Below are positions 29,381-38,888 of a stretch of 64,000 bases of DNA, in pieces (position 1 is the first letter of the stretch; each line of letters starts with the position of its first letter). The DNA comes from Thermodesulfobacteriota bacterium (GTDB lineage Bacteria > Desulfobacterota_D > UBA1144 > Nemesobacterales > Mycalebacteriaceae): positions 1,280,001 through 1,344,000 of the forward strand of contig OZ245366.1 in the NCBI GenBank assembly GCA_965226585.1, in the 5' to 3' direction. The position numbers and the translations under genes were made by a program. A model generated the notes under the pieces. The model ran no database searches. It saw nothing but the letters and a program-made list of their open reading frames with translations, and had not been told where the DNA came from.

Positions 29381-29686
29381 CTAAAGTTTCGCGATAATGC
29401 GCTCAAGTTCTTCTACTGAACATTTCTTATATTTTTCGTAAATGCGTTTTGTGTTGCTTGAGAACTTATCCCAACTGCCAATCCCATCGAGAGATTGAAA
29501 GTTTCCTATTTTACAACGTATGGAGTTCTTACCGGGCTTCACATCCGGCAGTTCCGCCATTTCCTTGCAATACTGTGTCTGCCTCCCGCGAGGAGAACCT
29601 TCTTTTTGCAATTTTCTCATTATTAACAAACACCGAAGTTCGTTCTTATCGTTCCAACCGGAATTGCGTCTATATGTCATTCTCAC
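29381..29686 (-). CDS. Hypothetical protein
   Basis: 101-aa AT-rich ORF whose start overlaps the gloA stop; no family recognised. Confidence 0.55.
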   Translation of the reverse strand: MRMTYRRNSGWNDKNELRCLLIMRKLQKEGSPRGRQTQYCKEMAELPDVKPGKNSIRCKIGNFQSLDGIGSWDKFSSNTKRIYEKYKKCSVEELERIIAKL

Positions 29687-30063
29687 TTCCTTTCTATCAA
29701 CTCAACCTTGTAGCCATCGGGGTCTTCCACGAAGGCGAGGATGGTTTTGCCGTGTTTCATTGGTCCCGGAGGGCGGACAACCTTGCCGCCGAGTTGCGCG
29801 ATTTTATCGCAGGCGGAGTTTATGTCTTCAACGGAAAATGCCATGTGCCCGTAAGCGGCTCCGTGTTTGTATTCGCCCACTCCGTAGTTGTATGTGAGTT
29901 CAAGAAACGGCTCCGTGTCGCCGCCGTATCCGAGAAACGCAAGGGTGAACTCGCCGTCCGGGTAGTCTGTGGTGCGGTGGTGGACAAGACCCAGAACATC
30001 GGTGTAGAAGCGGATTGACCTCTCCAAATCCCCCACTCTTATCATTGTGTGCAAATACTTCAT
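29683..30063 (-). CDS. gloA: Lactoylglutathione lyase (glyoxalase I)
   Basis: LHTMIRVGDLERSIRFY, LELTYNY, GHMAF, DPDGYKVELI. Confidence 0.95.
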   Translation of the reverse strand: MKYLHTMIRVGDLERSIRFYTDVLGLVHHRTTDYPDGEFTLAFLGYGGDTEPFLELTYNYGVGEYKHGAAYGHMAFSVEDINSACDKIAQLGGKVVRPPGPMKHGKTILAFVEDPDGYKVELIERK

Positions 30064-30084
30064 AGCCGCCCGCAAAGTTCGCGG

Positions 30085-30417
30085 TCAGGAAAACTGACCC
30101 GCTATTGTGTTGCTGTAATAGTAGTTAATCAGGGTGTCCAGACGAAGGCAAAAAATCTCAACCGCTCTCGCGCTTTTTTCCGCCCCCCACTCGCTTTCCG
30201 CGCTTTCCTCCCGGTTTCCGAAACTCTCAACAAACGATTCTTTAAGCGCGTCCAGCTCCTCTTTCAGAACCGCCTCAATAATTGTTGTGTCCTGAACATC
30301 GTATTTCTTCTTCGCTATCGCCGCTTCAAAATCGGCAAAAACCGATTCGGGCTTCTCCCCCGGAAACTCGGAAAGACACAACTTGAAAATCTCGCTGAGA
30401 TTTGAAACGCACATCAC
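30085..30417 (-). CDS. Hypothetical protein
   Basis: 110-aa acidic ORF, start overlaps the M42 peptidase stop. Confidence 0.65.
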   Translation of the reverse strand: MMCVSNLSEIFKLCLSEFPGEKPESVFADFEAAIAKKKYDVQDTTIIEAVLKEELDALKESFVESFGNREESAESEWGAEKSARAVEIFCLRLDTLINYYYSNTIAGQFS

Positions 30418-31433
30418 ACGCTCCCGATGTTCTCAACAACCCCCTTCATAAGTTTTATTGTCGCCTCAATGTCGCTTTTGCGGGCAATTGAACTGGGGCT
30501 GTGCAAATACCTTGTCGGCACGGAAACCGCCGCCGCGCGAGAACCTTTGCCCGTTACCTGCATGGCGGTCGCATTTGTTCCGCCGGCTTTCTTGACGGTG
30601 ATTTGCGCGGGAATTTTCTTTTTGTCGGCAAGCGATTTGATGAAAAAACTGAACTCCCTGTCCGCCACAAGGTAGCGGTCTGAAAGGCGGATTTCCGCGC
30701 CCTTGCCCGTGTTCGCAAGCGTTTTGTGCGGGGCAACTCCCGGCAAGTCCATCGCAACCGTTCCCTCAAGGGCGACCACAAAATCCGGCTCAACCGCAGG
30801 CGTTATAACCCTCGCCCCTCTAAGTCCGGGCTCTTCCTGAACGGTCATCGTAACAAACAGTTCGCAAGAAAGTTTTGGTTTTGCCGCAAGCATCTCAAGT
30901 ATGACGAAAATGCCCACTCTGTCGTCAATGGAGCGGGCGATTACGGAGTCTGCCGTCTCAACAAGTTCGGTGTCAAAAGTTACGGGGTCTCCGATTTTGA
31001 CGGACTTCTTCACTTTGTCCGCTTCAAGTCCGAGGTCAACAACGCAGTCATCAACATCGGGAACGCCCTTGTCTGCGCTTGTTTTGCTCACATGAGGAGG
31101 AATGGCGGCAACCATTGCGGGAAGCGGTTTTGTTCCGTGAACAACAAGCCGCTGTCCGTAGAAAACGCGAGAGTCAATCCCGCCGATGGCGTGAACCCTC
31201 ACAAAACCCCTGTCGTCTATGTGGCTAACCATAAAGCCGACCTCATCCATATGGGCGTCAACAACCAGTCTGGAACCTTTGCCGCCGATGCGGGCGATGA
31301 TGTTGCCCATCGTGTCAACGGAAATCTCTTTTGTGTATTTGCGGAGTTCTGTAAGCAGAAAATCCCTCACCGCGCCCTCGTCTCCGGCAATGGCGGGAAT
31401 ATCGCACAGTTTTTTCAGAAGTTTTGTGTTCAT
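30414..31433 (-). CDS. M42-family metallo-aminopeptidase
   Basis: AHMDEVG, DDRVG, VQEEPGLRGA, RYLHSP; start at MNTKLL. Confidence 0.92.
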   Translation of the reverse strand: MNTKLLKKLCDIPAIAGDEGAVRDFLLTELRKYTKEISVDTMGNIIARIGGKGSRLVVDAHMDEVGFMVSHIDDRGFVRVHAIGGIDSRVFYGQRLVVHGTKPLPAMVAAIPPHVSKTSADKGVPDVDDCVVDLGLEADKVKKSVKIGDPVTFDTELVETADSVIARSIDDRVGIFVILEMLAAKPKLSCELFVTMTVQEEPGLRGARVITPAVEPDFVVALEGTVAMDLPGVAPHKTLANTGKGAEIRLSDRYLVADREFSFFIKSLADKKKIPAQITVKKAGGTNATAMQVTGKGSRAAAVSVPTRYLHSPSSIARKSDIEATIKLMKGVVENIGSV

Positions 31434-31523
31434 AAGGTTTGAATTATAGCCGAAAACGGTTTTGAAGGGGCGCGAGGGAAAACCGCCCCGCGTGCCAAGT
31501 ATAATACCGGCGGAGAAAAGAAG

Positions 31524-32789
31524 ATGGAAAACACCCCGCTTGCGGAGCGCATGAGGCCGCGCTCTCTTGACGAAATCGCCGGACAGAGCCACCTCGTTGG
31601 CGCAGACGGCGTTTTGCGCCGCGCTGTTGAAGGCGGCGGGGCTTCGCGCTCGGTGATTTTGTGGGGTCCTCCCGGAACGGGAAAAACCACCCTTGCCCGC
31701 GTTCTGACGGGAGACGGCGGAGGCGAATTTATTCATATGGACGCCGTTTCATCCGGCGTGAAAGAGATACGGGCGGCTCTTGCCCGCGCGGCGGAGGCAA
31801 AGGAAAACGGCGCAAGCGCGGTTCTGTTCATAGACGAAATTCACAGGTTCAACAAAGCCCAGCAGGCGGCGCTTCTGAAAAGTGTTGAGGAGGGGGAAAT
31901 CTCACTCATCGGCGCGACAACGGAAAACCCTTCGTTTGAGGTTATCTCCCCTCTGCTCTCCAGATGCGCGGTTTATAAACTTGAGCCGCTTGCCGAAAAA
32001 GATTTGCGTTTGATAGTCCGCAGGGCGGTTGAAAACGATGACAAAATAAAGGGCGCGGAGATTGCCCCGGACGCGCTGGATTTGATGGTTTCTCTCTGCG
32101 GCGGAGACGCGAGGGCTCTTCTCAACGGGCTTGAAACCGCAGTTTCAATATGCGCGGGAAGCAAGGTTGACGCGCAAACCGTAAAGGATGTTTATCAGAA
32201 AGGCGTGCGTTACGACAAGGGCGGCGATGAGCACTACAACACGATTTCCGCGTTCATAAAAAGCGTTCGCGCAAGCGACCCGGACGCGGCGCTTCATTAT
32301 CTCGCCCGTATGCTTGACGCCGGTGAGGAGCCGCTTTTCATAGCGAGGCGGCTGATAGTTCTTGCGTCTGAAGACATAGGAAACGCAGAGCCCTACGCGC
32401 TGACGCTTGCAACCGATTGTTTTACGGCGGTGAATTACATCGGAATGCCTGAGGCGCGGATTGTGCTTGCGCAAACGGCGACATACTTGGCGAGTTGTCC
32501 GCGAAGCAATGCGGCGTATTCCGGTTTGCGAAAGGCGGAGGCGGATGTAAAGAAGTTTCCGGGTTTGGATATTCCCATGCACATCCGCAACGCGCCCACC
32601 CGTTTGATGAAAGACATGGGTTACGGCAAGGGGTATCAGTATCCGCACGATGAGAAAGACGCCTTTGCCGGACAGGAAAACCTGCCCGAAAAGATAAAAG
32701 ACAAAATCTACTACAAACCCTCCGAAAGAGGCCGCGAAGCCGCGCTTAAAAAGTATCTTGAAGAGAAATGGAAGAAACGGAGGAAGTGA
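31524..32789 (+). CDS. rarA: Replication-associated recombination protein A (MgsA/RarA)
   Basis: PLAERMRP, GPPGTGKTT, DEIHRFNKAQQ, GATTENPSF, SAFIKSVRASD. Confidence 0.95.
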   Translation: MENTPLAERMRPRSLDEIAGQSHLVGADGVLRRAVEGGGASRSVILWGPPGTGKTTLARVLTGDGGGEFIHMDAVSSGVKEIRAALARAAEAKENGASAVLFIDEIHRFNKAQQAALLKSVEEGEISLIGATTENPSFEVISPLLSRCAVYKLEPLAEKDLRLIVRRAVENDDKIKGAEIAPDALDLMVSLCGGDARALLNGLETAVSICAGSKVDAQTVKDVYQKGVRYDKGGDEHYNTISAFIKSVRASDPDAALHYLARMLDAGEEPLFIARRLIVLASEDIGNAEPYALTLATDCFTAVNYIGMPEARIVLAQTATYLASCPRSNAAYSGLRKAEADVKKFPGLDIPMHIRNAPTRLMKDMGYGKGYQYPHDEKDAFAGQENLPEKIKDKIYYKPSERGREAALKKYLEEKWKKRRK

Positions 32790-32805
32790 AGAGTTGCCCC
32801 TCGCC

Positions 32806-32971
32806 CGTCATTCCTTGCCCTCGCCCGTCATTCCTGCGAAAGCAGGAATCCAGTATTAGTTAACCAGTTGAATACTGGATTCCGTGTCAGGCACGGAATG
32901 ACGGAATAGAGTCCATGACGAAAAAAAGACAGGCACGGAATGACGGAAAGAAGACAAGCAACGGAATGACG
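32806..32971 (+). repeat. CGTC-tagged palindromic REP doublet (32826-32903) with flanking half-sites
   Basis: CGTCATTCCTGCGAAAGCAGGAATCCAGTATT-13 nt-AATACTGGATTCCGTGTCAGGCACGGAATGACG plus extra CGTCATTCC and ACGGAATGACG copies. Confidence 0.95.
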
Positions 32972-33018
32972 GGGAATAAAGGTGTATAATCCCACGAGTA
33001 AAAGGGAGACACTTTCAA

Positions 33019-34123
33019 ATGAAAGACACCGAAACGCAAGACCTTCAGTCCCTCGGCGCGCGTATTGAATCCATCAGAGGTTTTCTTTGACCTGCCGGGC
33101 AAAGAGAAACGAATCGCCGAAATAGACGACATATCTAACGGCGCGGATTTCTGGGACGACCGGGAAAAAGCGCAGACAGTTCTATCCGAGCGGTCTTCGC
33201 TTAAACAAAAGATTGACGAATGGAACGAACTCTGCAAAGGGCTTGAAGAAGCCCAAACCATTGCCGAACTCTGCGGCGAACAAACAGACAGCGAACTTGA
33301 AGCGGAACTCACCGCCACACTCACATCACTCACGGAAAAGATTGAGCGCGTTGAGTTCAAAAGAATGCTCGGCGGAGAAGATGACTCCAAAGGGGCGATT
33401 GTGGAAATAAACGCGGGCGCGGGAGGAACCGAAGCGCAAGACTGGGCGGATATGCTTTACAGAATGTATCTGCGGTATTGCGACAGAAACGGCTTTTCCG
33501 TGAACGTGCTTAACTGCCAGGACGGAGACGAAGCGGGAATAAAAAGCGCGACCATAATCGTTTCAGGCGACCATGCGTACGGCTACCTTAAAGGCGAAAG
33601 CGGCGTTCACCGCCTTGTGAGAATCTCCCCGTTTGATTCAAACAAAAGACGGCACACATCTTTCGCGTCTGTCTTTATCGCCCCGGAAATAGACGACTCG
33701 GTTGAGGTGGTTGTGGATGACAAAGATTTGAGGGTTGACACCTTCAGAGCCGGAGGCAAAGGCGGACAGCACGTGAACAAAACAGATTCCGCCGTCCGCA
33801 TAACGCACATTCCCACGGGAACGGTTGTGAGTTGCCAGAACGAAAGGTCTCAACACCAGAACAGAATGAGCGCGATGAAGGTTTTGAAAGCGCGCCTGTA
33901 TAAAATAGAGACGGAGAAAAAACGCGAAAAACTGACCGATCTCTCATCGTCAAAAAAAGACATAGGATGGGGAAGCCAGATAAGGTCTTATGTTATGCAT
34001 CCGTACAGAATGGCGAAAGACCACAGAACCGGTTTTGAGCAGAGCGATGTGATTGCCGTGCTTGACGGGGAGATTGAGGAGTTCATAAAGAGTTATCTTA
34101 CTTCCGGGGAGACAGCGCAATGA
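33019..34123 (+). CDS. prfB: Peptide chain release factor 2 (programmed +1 frameshift)
   Basis: ATG 33019 reads MKDTETQDLQSLGARIESIRGFL to CTT-TGA-C, then +1 frame DLPGKE...; SPF and GGQ motifs. Confidence 0.96.
33076..33091 (+). promoter_or_regulatory. RF2 +1 frameshift site
   Basis: SD-like AGAGGT followed by TTT CTT TGA C. Confidence 0.92.
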
Positions 34124-35007
34124 GCAAAGGAAAGAAAGTCCGCAAAATAGGAATTGTGGGGCTGAAAAGCAAAAAAGAAGTCAGGAAGATGACAGCCTTT
34201 CTGTGCGCCCTGCTTGAAAAATCAGGCATAGAGCCGGTTGTGGAAAGCACTTTGGGCGAAGCGTCCGGTGTTTCGCAACTTGCCGAAGCAAAAGAGATTC
34301 CAACTCTCGCAGACATGGTTTTCTCTCTCGGCGGAGACGGCACTTTCCTCAGCGCGGTGCGTTTGCTCAGCGGAAGTTCAATTCCGGTGCTTGGAATAAA
34401 CCTCGGCGGTTTGGGTTTTCTTGCGGAATGCAAGGTTGACGAGGCGGAAAAAATGCTGAAAAAAATCGCATCGGGCGATTACAGGGTGGAGAGGAGAGAT
34501 ATGTTCGCCGTTCGTGTTGAGGAGAAGGGAAAAACCGTATGGGAGGGCGAAGCGTTGAACGAAGTTGTTGTGAACTGCGGCAAGGCGACCCGCATTATAG
34601 ACCTTGAACTCCACATAGACGGCTCTCACATAACCACCTTTAAGGCGGACGGCATAATATGCTCAACGCCGACCGGCTCAACGGGGTATTCGCTTTCTGC
34701 GGGAGGTCCCGTTGTGTATCCCACGCTTCCGCTTGCCGTGATAACCCCGATATGCCCGCACACGCTTGCGAACCGTCCGCTTGTGGTTTCAAACGAGAAT
34801 GAGATTCGTTTCCGCACTCCCGCTTCGGCTCCCGATGAAAAACTCACCGCCACCGTTGACGGGCAGATGGAGACTCCGTTGAAGCTCCGTCAGGAGGTTG
34901 TGGTAACAAAATCCGGCAGTTCGGTAAATCTTGTGAAATCGCCGTTTGTTGATTACTTCTCAATTTTGAAAACAAAACTGATGTGGGCGACAAGGAATAA
35001 GGGTTAA
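34120..35007 (+). CDS. nadK: NAD kinase
   Basis: GGDGTFL, LNE, DGIICSTPTGSTGYSLSAGGP. Confidence 0.95.
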   Translation: MSKGKKVRKIGIVGLKSKKEVRKMTAFLCALLEKSGIEPVVESTLGEASGVSQLAEAKEIPTLADMVFSLGGDGTFLSAVRLLSGSSIPVLGINLGGLGFLAECKVDEAEKMLKKIASGDYRVERRDMFAVRVEEKGKTVWEGEALNEVVVNCGKATRIIDLELHIDGSHITTFKADGIICSTPTGSTGYSLSAGGPVVYPTLPLAVITPICPHTLANRPLVVSNENEIRFRTPASAPDEKLTATVDGQMETPLKLRQEVVVTKSGSSVNLVKSPFVDYFSILKTKLMWATRNKG

Positions 35008-35037
35008 GTTTCCCGCCTTCCGTGCCTGACACTTCCC

Positions 35038-35115
35038 CGTCATTCCGTGCTTGACACGGAATCCAGTATTCAACTGGTTAACTAATACTGGATTCCTGCT
35101 TCCGCAGGAATGACG
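35038..35115 (-). repeat. REP doublet, reverse orientation
   Basis: Reverse complement of the 78-bp unit. Confidence 0.95.
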
Positions 35116-35223
35116 GAGGGGGCAAAGAATGACGTTAGGGGCTACTTTATCGGCAGATAAAAGAAAACCTCTGATGGATTCAATATGTGCGATGGGGGAC
35201 TAAAGGTTTTGCGTTTCGGTCTC

Positions 35224-35514
35224 TCATTTTCCGTAGTGAAGAATGATTTTCTGTTCTTTAAGTAGTTTTTCTATCTTTTTGGGTAATTCCTCTATGGAAT
35301 TGAACTTTATTGGCTTTTTCAGTGGGTCTATGCCGTGAGACTTGTTTTTTGGTGTGTTGACTGTTCCTGCTGCCCAAGCATGTTTTGGATCTATATGGCC
35401 CTTAGTCGGCGCAATGCCATCAGTCCACAAACTAACGGTAATTTTAATCATCTTCTGACCGCTTCCTGCTTTTACAGAAGATGTCGAAATCTTTTTAGTT
35501 GATTTTTTTTGCAT
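35224..35514 (-). CDS. Hypothetical basic protein
   Basis: 96-aa AT-rich ORF with AGGAGG-like SD upstream; family not recognised. Confidence 0.65.
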   Translation of the reverse strand: MQKKSTKKISTSSVKAGSGQKMIKITVSLWTDGIAPTKGHIDPKHAWAAGTVNTPKNKSHGIDPLKKPIKFNSIEELPKKIEKLLKEQKIILHYGK

Positions 35515-35551
35515 TTTCTTTCCTCCTTAACGGGAATAAGCGTAATCGCTT

Positions 35552-36379
35552 TTACTCTCTCTCCCAACTCCAAGTTTGTTTGCAATTCCCGCAGCTGGCT
35601 ACTGTAATTGAGGCATATTCAGTAGGCAACCAATTAAATACAGTGCCACCACCTGTTGCTCTACTGCTCTCTTTAGTTCTGACCTGTCCCTTTGTCTGGC
35701 AGTGCGGACAAATAACCTCAGAGGCAACTTCACCATGCTGTTTCGCTACTTTCTGCTTAGCAGTCAACGGCTTCTGTTCTAAGAGATGGGGGAAGTAGAG
35801 AATCATAATGACAAAGGAAACTATCAACAATATAAAAATCAAACCTAACAAAGTGTTTATGAGGAAAACAAGCGTGACTAATAATAGTAGAGCGAGTGCC
35901 ACGAGAACAATTTCTTTCTTTAGTGGTACATGCCGATTTTTTGACAATTTTTCTGACCTTTGGTGGAGTCTGCGATAATCTACCTTTGGAACTTTCATCT
36001 TCCATTTTGCTTCCAGTAAATCATGTGTTCCGCCGTGAATATCAACCACTTCCCAACCTTGTTTGATTAACTTTCGCCCATAGCGAGAGTTATAAATACG
36101 ACCCATAATCGTCCAATAGAGCACAAGAGCAACAAGAAGGGGAAAGGCAAATACTAAACTGTCTTCGCCTTTAAGCAAAAAAACATTTTTCAATAGAACT
36201 CTTATTGAAACGACAGATAAAAAAAACGTTATGACCCAGCCAAGAGTGTAGATTAAAAAGCCAACCCAATCTCTCCTCAACAAAGGGACTAAAGAGCCCG
36301 CGAAAAGCATTGTCCATGAATATCCGGCGGATACTACCCTTTCCTGCTCCCGTTCCTTATGTTCCCAAACTATTTTCAC
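35552..36379 (-). CDS. Hypothetical membrane protein with C-terminal zinc-ribbon-like motif
   Basis: GYSWTMLF..PLLRRDW (DUF2628-like from memory), several TM segments, CPHC...CGNC. Confidence 0.7.
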   Translation of the reverse strand: MKIVWEHKEREQERVVSAGYSWTMLFAGSLVPLLRRDWVGFLIYTLGWVITFFLSVVSIRVLLKNVFLLKGEDSLVFAFPLLVALVLYWTIMGRIYNSRYGRKLIKQGWEVVDIHGGTHDLLEAKWKMKVPKVDYRRLHQRSEKLSKNRHVPLKKEIVLVALALLLLVTLVFLINTLLGLIFILLIVSFVIMILYFPHLLEQKPLTAKQKVAKQHGEVASEVICPHCQTKGQVRTKESSRATGGGTVFNWLPTEYASITVASCGNCKQTWSWERE

Positions 36380-36418
36380 TTTCTCACAGGTTTCTCAAAG
36401 GTTATCTCAGCCACCAAA

Positions 36419-36484
36419 GTCATTCCGTGCCTGACACGGAATCCAGTATTCAACTGGTTAATTAATACTGGATTCCTGCTTCCG
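36419..36484 (-). repeat. REP doublet, reverse orientation, truncated
   Basis: GTCATTCCGTGCCTGACACGGAATCCAGTATT...AATACTGGATTCCTGCTTCCG, then the match stops. Confidence 0.92.
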
Positions 36485-36493
36485 GCAACAACC

Positions 36494-36820
36494 CTACTCC
36501 CCTTTTGGAGCCGTTGCCTGCACATACCGCAGTCTCAAACTGTAAAGCACATCGTCTATCAGGTTTTGTTCCTCATCTGACAGGTTGCCCTTTGTCTTGT
36601 CTTGCAGGATTTCAAGAATATCCACCGTGTGTTTTGCGGCGGGGATGTTGATTTCTCTCTGTTTTGTATTCGGGTCGGGAATGTCTCCCAGATGCATAAT
36701 TGCCGAAGCGTTTAGCGAGAGAACAAAATTGGAAAAATCCATCTTCATCTCTCCGCTTTGCGGTTTCCTCTGCTCCGCCTCCGCGCCTTCGGTTTCCACT
36801 TTCTTCTCTTCTTCACTCAT
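36494..36820 (-). CDS. DUF1844-like protein
   Basis: FSNFVLSL..HLGDIPDP..AKHTVDILEILQDKTKGNL..EE. Confidence 0.8.
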   Translation of the reverse strand: MSEEEKKVETEGAEAEQRKPQSGEMKMDFSNFVLSLNASAIMHLGDIPDPNTKQREINIPAAKHTVDILEILQDKTKGNLSDEEQNLIDDVLYSLRLRYVQATAPKGE

Positions 36821-37886
36821 CTCCGCCTCCGTTTTCCAACTGCCTCAAAACCTCATCCGCAACCTTCATAAACGCCTGCGCCGCAGAGCAGTCGGGTTTG
36901 AACTCAACCACCGGAACGCCGCTGTCTCCGCACTTTCTCACCTCAGGGTCAATCGGAATCTCACCGAGAAACGGAACGTCAAACTTTTCCGCCATCGCCT
37001 TTCCGCCGCCCCTGCCGAAAATGTCTATCGCCTCGCCGCCCGGCACATCCAGATAACTCATGTTCTCAACTATCCCCATTACCGGAATGTTCAGTTTTTC
37101 AAACATCAAAATCCCGCGCCGCACATCTATAAGCGAAACCTCTTGCGGAGTTGTTACGATAACCCCGCCGTTCAGCGGAGCCGTTTGCGCTATGGAAAGT
37201 TGCGCGTCTCCGGTGCCGGGGGGAAGGTCTATCACAAGGTAATCGGTGTTTTTCCACTCAACATCTTCAACAAACTGCTTTACGGCTCCGTGAACCATCG
37301 GTCCCCGCCATATGACGGTTTCCTCCTCTTTTATAAGGTAGCCGATTGACATTATTTTCAGCCCGTATTTCTCTATCGGAAGCATTTTGCGCTGGGGTGT
37401 GGCGACCGGTTTTTCGCCCTGCGTTCCGGTCATCATCGGCGCGCTTGGTCCCCAAATATCCGCGTCCATAAGCCCCACATTTTGTCTTTTTTTCGCGATT
37501 GCCACCGCGAGATTTACCGCCACTGTGGATTTGCCCACGCCGCCTTTTCCGCTTGCCACCGCAACGTAGTGTTTGATGTCCGGCAGTTTTGACTGCGCCG
37601 CCTGTCCCTGTTCGGGAGCGCCGCGTGCGGCGGACGGCTCTCTTGTCTCCGTAACGATTGAAACCCCTTCAACTCCGGGCGTTTCAAGAACAGCGGTTCT
37701 GACTGATTCCTCTATTTGTTTCTGAATTGCCGCGTCCGGTTTGGGAAAAACAAGGGAGATTTTCACGCCCGAATTGTCGTCCACATCTACGCTTTTTACA
37801 ATTCCGAATGACACAATATCCCTTGTAAAACCGGGATACTTCACTTGTTTTAAACGTCTTGAAACGGTTTCAGGGGTAAGACCCAT
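36813..37886 (-). CDS. Mrp/NBP35 (ApbC) iron-sulfur carrier ATPase
   Basis: SGKGGVGKST, WRGPM, DLPPGTGD, ENMS. Confidence 0.93.
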   Translation of the reverse strand: MGLTPETVSRRLKQVKYPGFTRDIVSFGIVKSVDVDDNSGVKISLVFPKPDAAIQKQIEESVRTAVLETPGVEGVSIVTETREPSAARGAPEQGQAAQSKLPDIKHYVAVASGKGGVGKSTVAVNLAVAIAKKRQNVGLMDADIWGPSAPMMTGTQGEKPVATPQRKMLPIEKYGLKIMSIGYLIKEEETVIWRGPMVHGAVKQFVEDVEWKNTDYLVIDLPPGTGDAQLSIAQTAPLNGGVIVTTPQEVSLIDVRRGILMFEKLNIPVMGIVENMSYLDVPGGEAIDIFGRGGGKAMAEKFDVPFLGEIPIDPEVRKCGDSGVPVVEFKPDCSAAQAFMKVADEVLRQLENGGGDE

Positions 37887-37896
37887 GGCTTGAAAG

Positions 37897-38307
37897 TTAC
37901 CCCACTCCGAGTTTGCTTTTGGCTTCCGGGCTCATCATGCCGGGGTTCCACGGCGGATCCCAGACGACTTGCACAATCACGTTCCTTGCCCCTATCGCTT
38001 TCAACGCTTCTTCCGCCTGCCCCGATATGTGCGCGCCCATTGAGCATCCGGGGGTTGTGAGTGTCATTTTCAGCCCCACATCACTGCCTGAAATTTGAAC
38101 ATCGTAGATAAGACCGAGGTCAACAATGCTTACGGGAAGTTCGGGGTCGTTCACGCCTTTCAACGCTTCAAAAACCGACTCTTCGGTAAGTTCAACCGCG
38201 CCGCCGGGTTCTTTTTTCTCGAATTTTTTGAGTTCAACCTGCGGTTTTTCCGCATCTGCGCCGGAAGGGGAATCGGGCTGAATAGTTATAATTTTTTTCA
38301 TCGCCAT
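37897..38307 (-). CDS. DUF59/SufT-like metal-sulfur cluster assembly factor
   Basis: DPELPVSIVDLGLIY, MTLTTPGC, VWDPPW; start approximate. Confidence 0.88.
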   Translation of the reverse strand: MAMKKIITIQPDSPSGADAEKPQVELKKFEKKEPGGAVELTEESVFEALKGVNDPELPVSIVDLGLIYDVQISGSDVGLKMTLTTPGCSMGAHISGQAEEALKAIGARNVIVQVVWDPPWNPGMMSPEAKSKLGVG

Positions 38308-38408
38308 TGGATGACGATTGTAGCCACTGCTCCCCTTGTTGTCAAAGCGCGGACGCACTTGAATAATGGCTCGCGGGGCGGATAATTAGCCGTGCGAATT
38401 CTTGCGGA

Positions 38409-38687
38409 ATGGCGCGATTTTATGAACGATACCACCAAAAAAACGGAGAGCGGCAGGCGGGTGCCGGTTTGAAGGTGGAGGCTGGAAATGATGTTTGTGA
38501 ATGTGGAAACCGTCTTGGTTCGCCGCTTGTTTCGCCGAAGTCCAAATACACGACTTTCGGTTGGTTTCTTGTATCAATGGGAATAAGCCACCCGCCGGTA
38601 AAGGTGGTTTTCACTTGCGACAATTGCGGGAAAGAGTTCAAAACGATTACGGATAAGAAGCTTTTGAGAGAGCATATTTACAGATAG
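38409..38687 (+). CDS. Small hypothetical protein with Cys pairs (zinc-ribbon-like)
   Basis: CECG...CDNCG; divergent from the DUF59 gene. Confidence 0.65.
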   Translation: MARFYERYHQKNGERQAGAGLKVEAGNDVCECGNRLGSPLVSPKSKYTTFGWFLVSMGISHPPVKVVFTCDNCGKEFKTITDKKLLREHIYR

Positions 38688-38697
38688 AGGGAGTGGG

Positions 38698-38881
38698 TGC
38701 GGAAGCAGGAATCCAGTATTGGTTTAGCCCAGTTGAATACTGGATTCCGTGTCAGGCACGGAATGACGGGAAGGAGAAAAGGCGCGGAATGACACACTTC
38801 CCCGTCATTCCTGCGGAAGCAGGAATCCAGTATTGGTTAGCCCAGTTGAATACTGGATTCCGTGTCAAGCACGGAATGACG
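38698..38881 (+). repeat. Two tandem REP doublets (first 5'-truncated)
   Basis: Units at 38698-38768 and 38803-38881 with the same linker as the main array. Confidence 0.95.
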
Positions 38882-38888
38882 GGATGGG

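Noticed and set aside
31434..31736. Long N-terminal extension of the M42 peptidase ORF
   Set aside because: It overlaps the divergent rarA gene; family similarity starts at MNTKLL.
29376..35205. Shared GGGGACTAAAG near the 3' ends of two AT-rich ORFs (about 29376 and 35195)
   Set aside because: Only 11 bp and two copies, with no supporting structure.
35038..36484. Integron cassette with attC sites
   Set aside because: The flanking palindromes are the genome REP doublet, lack clear RYYYAAC/GTTRRRY ends, and no integron integrase is visible.
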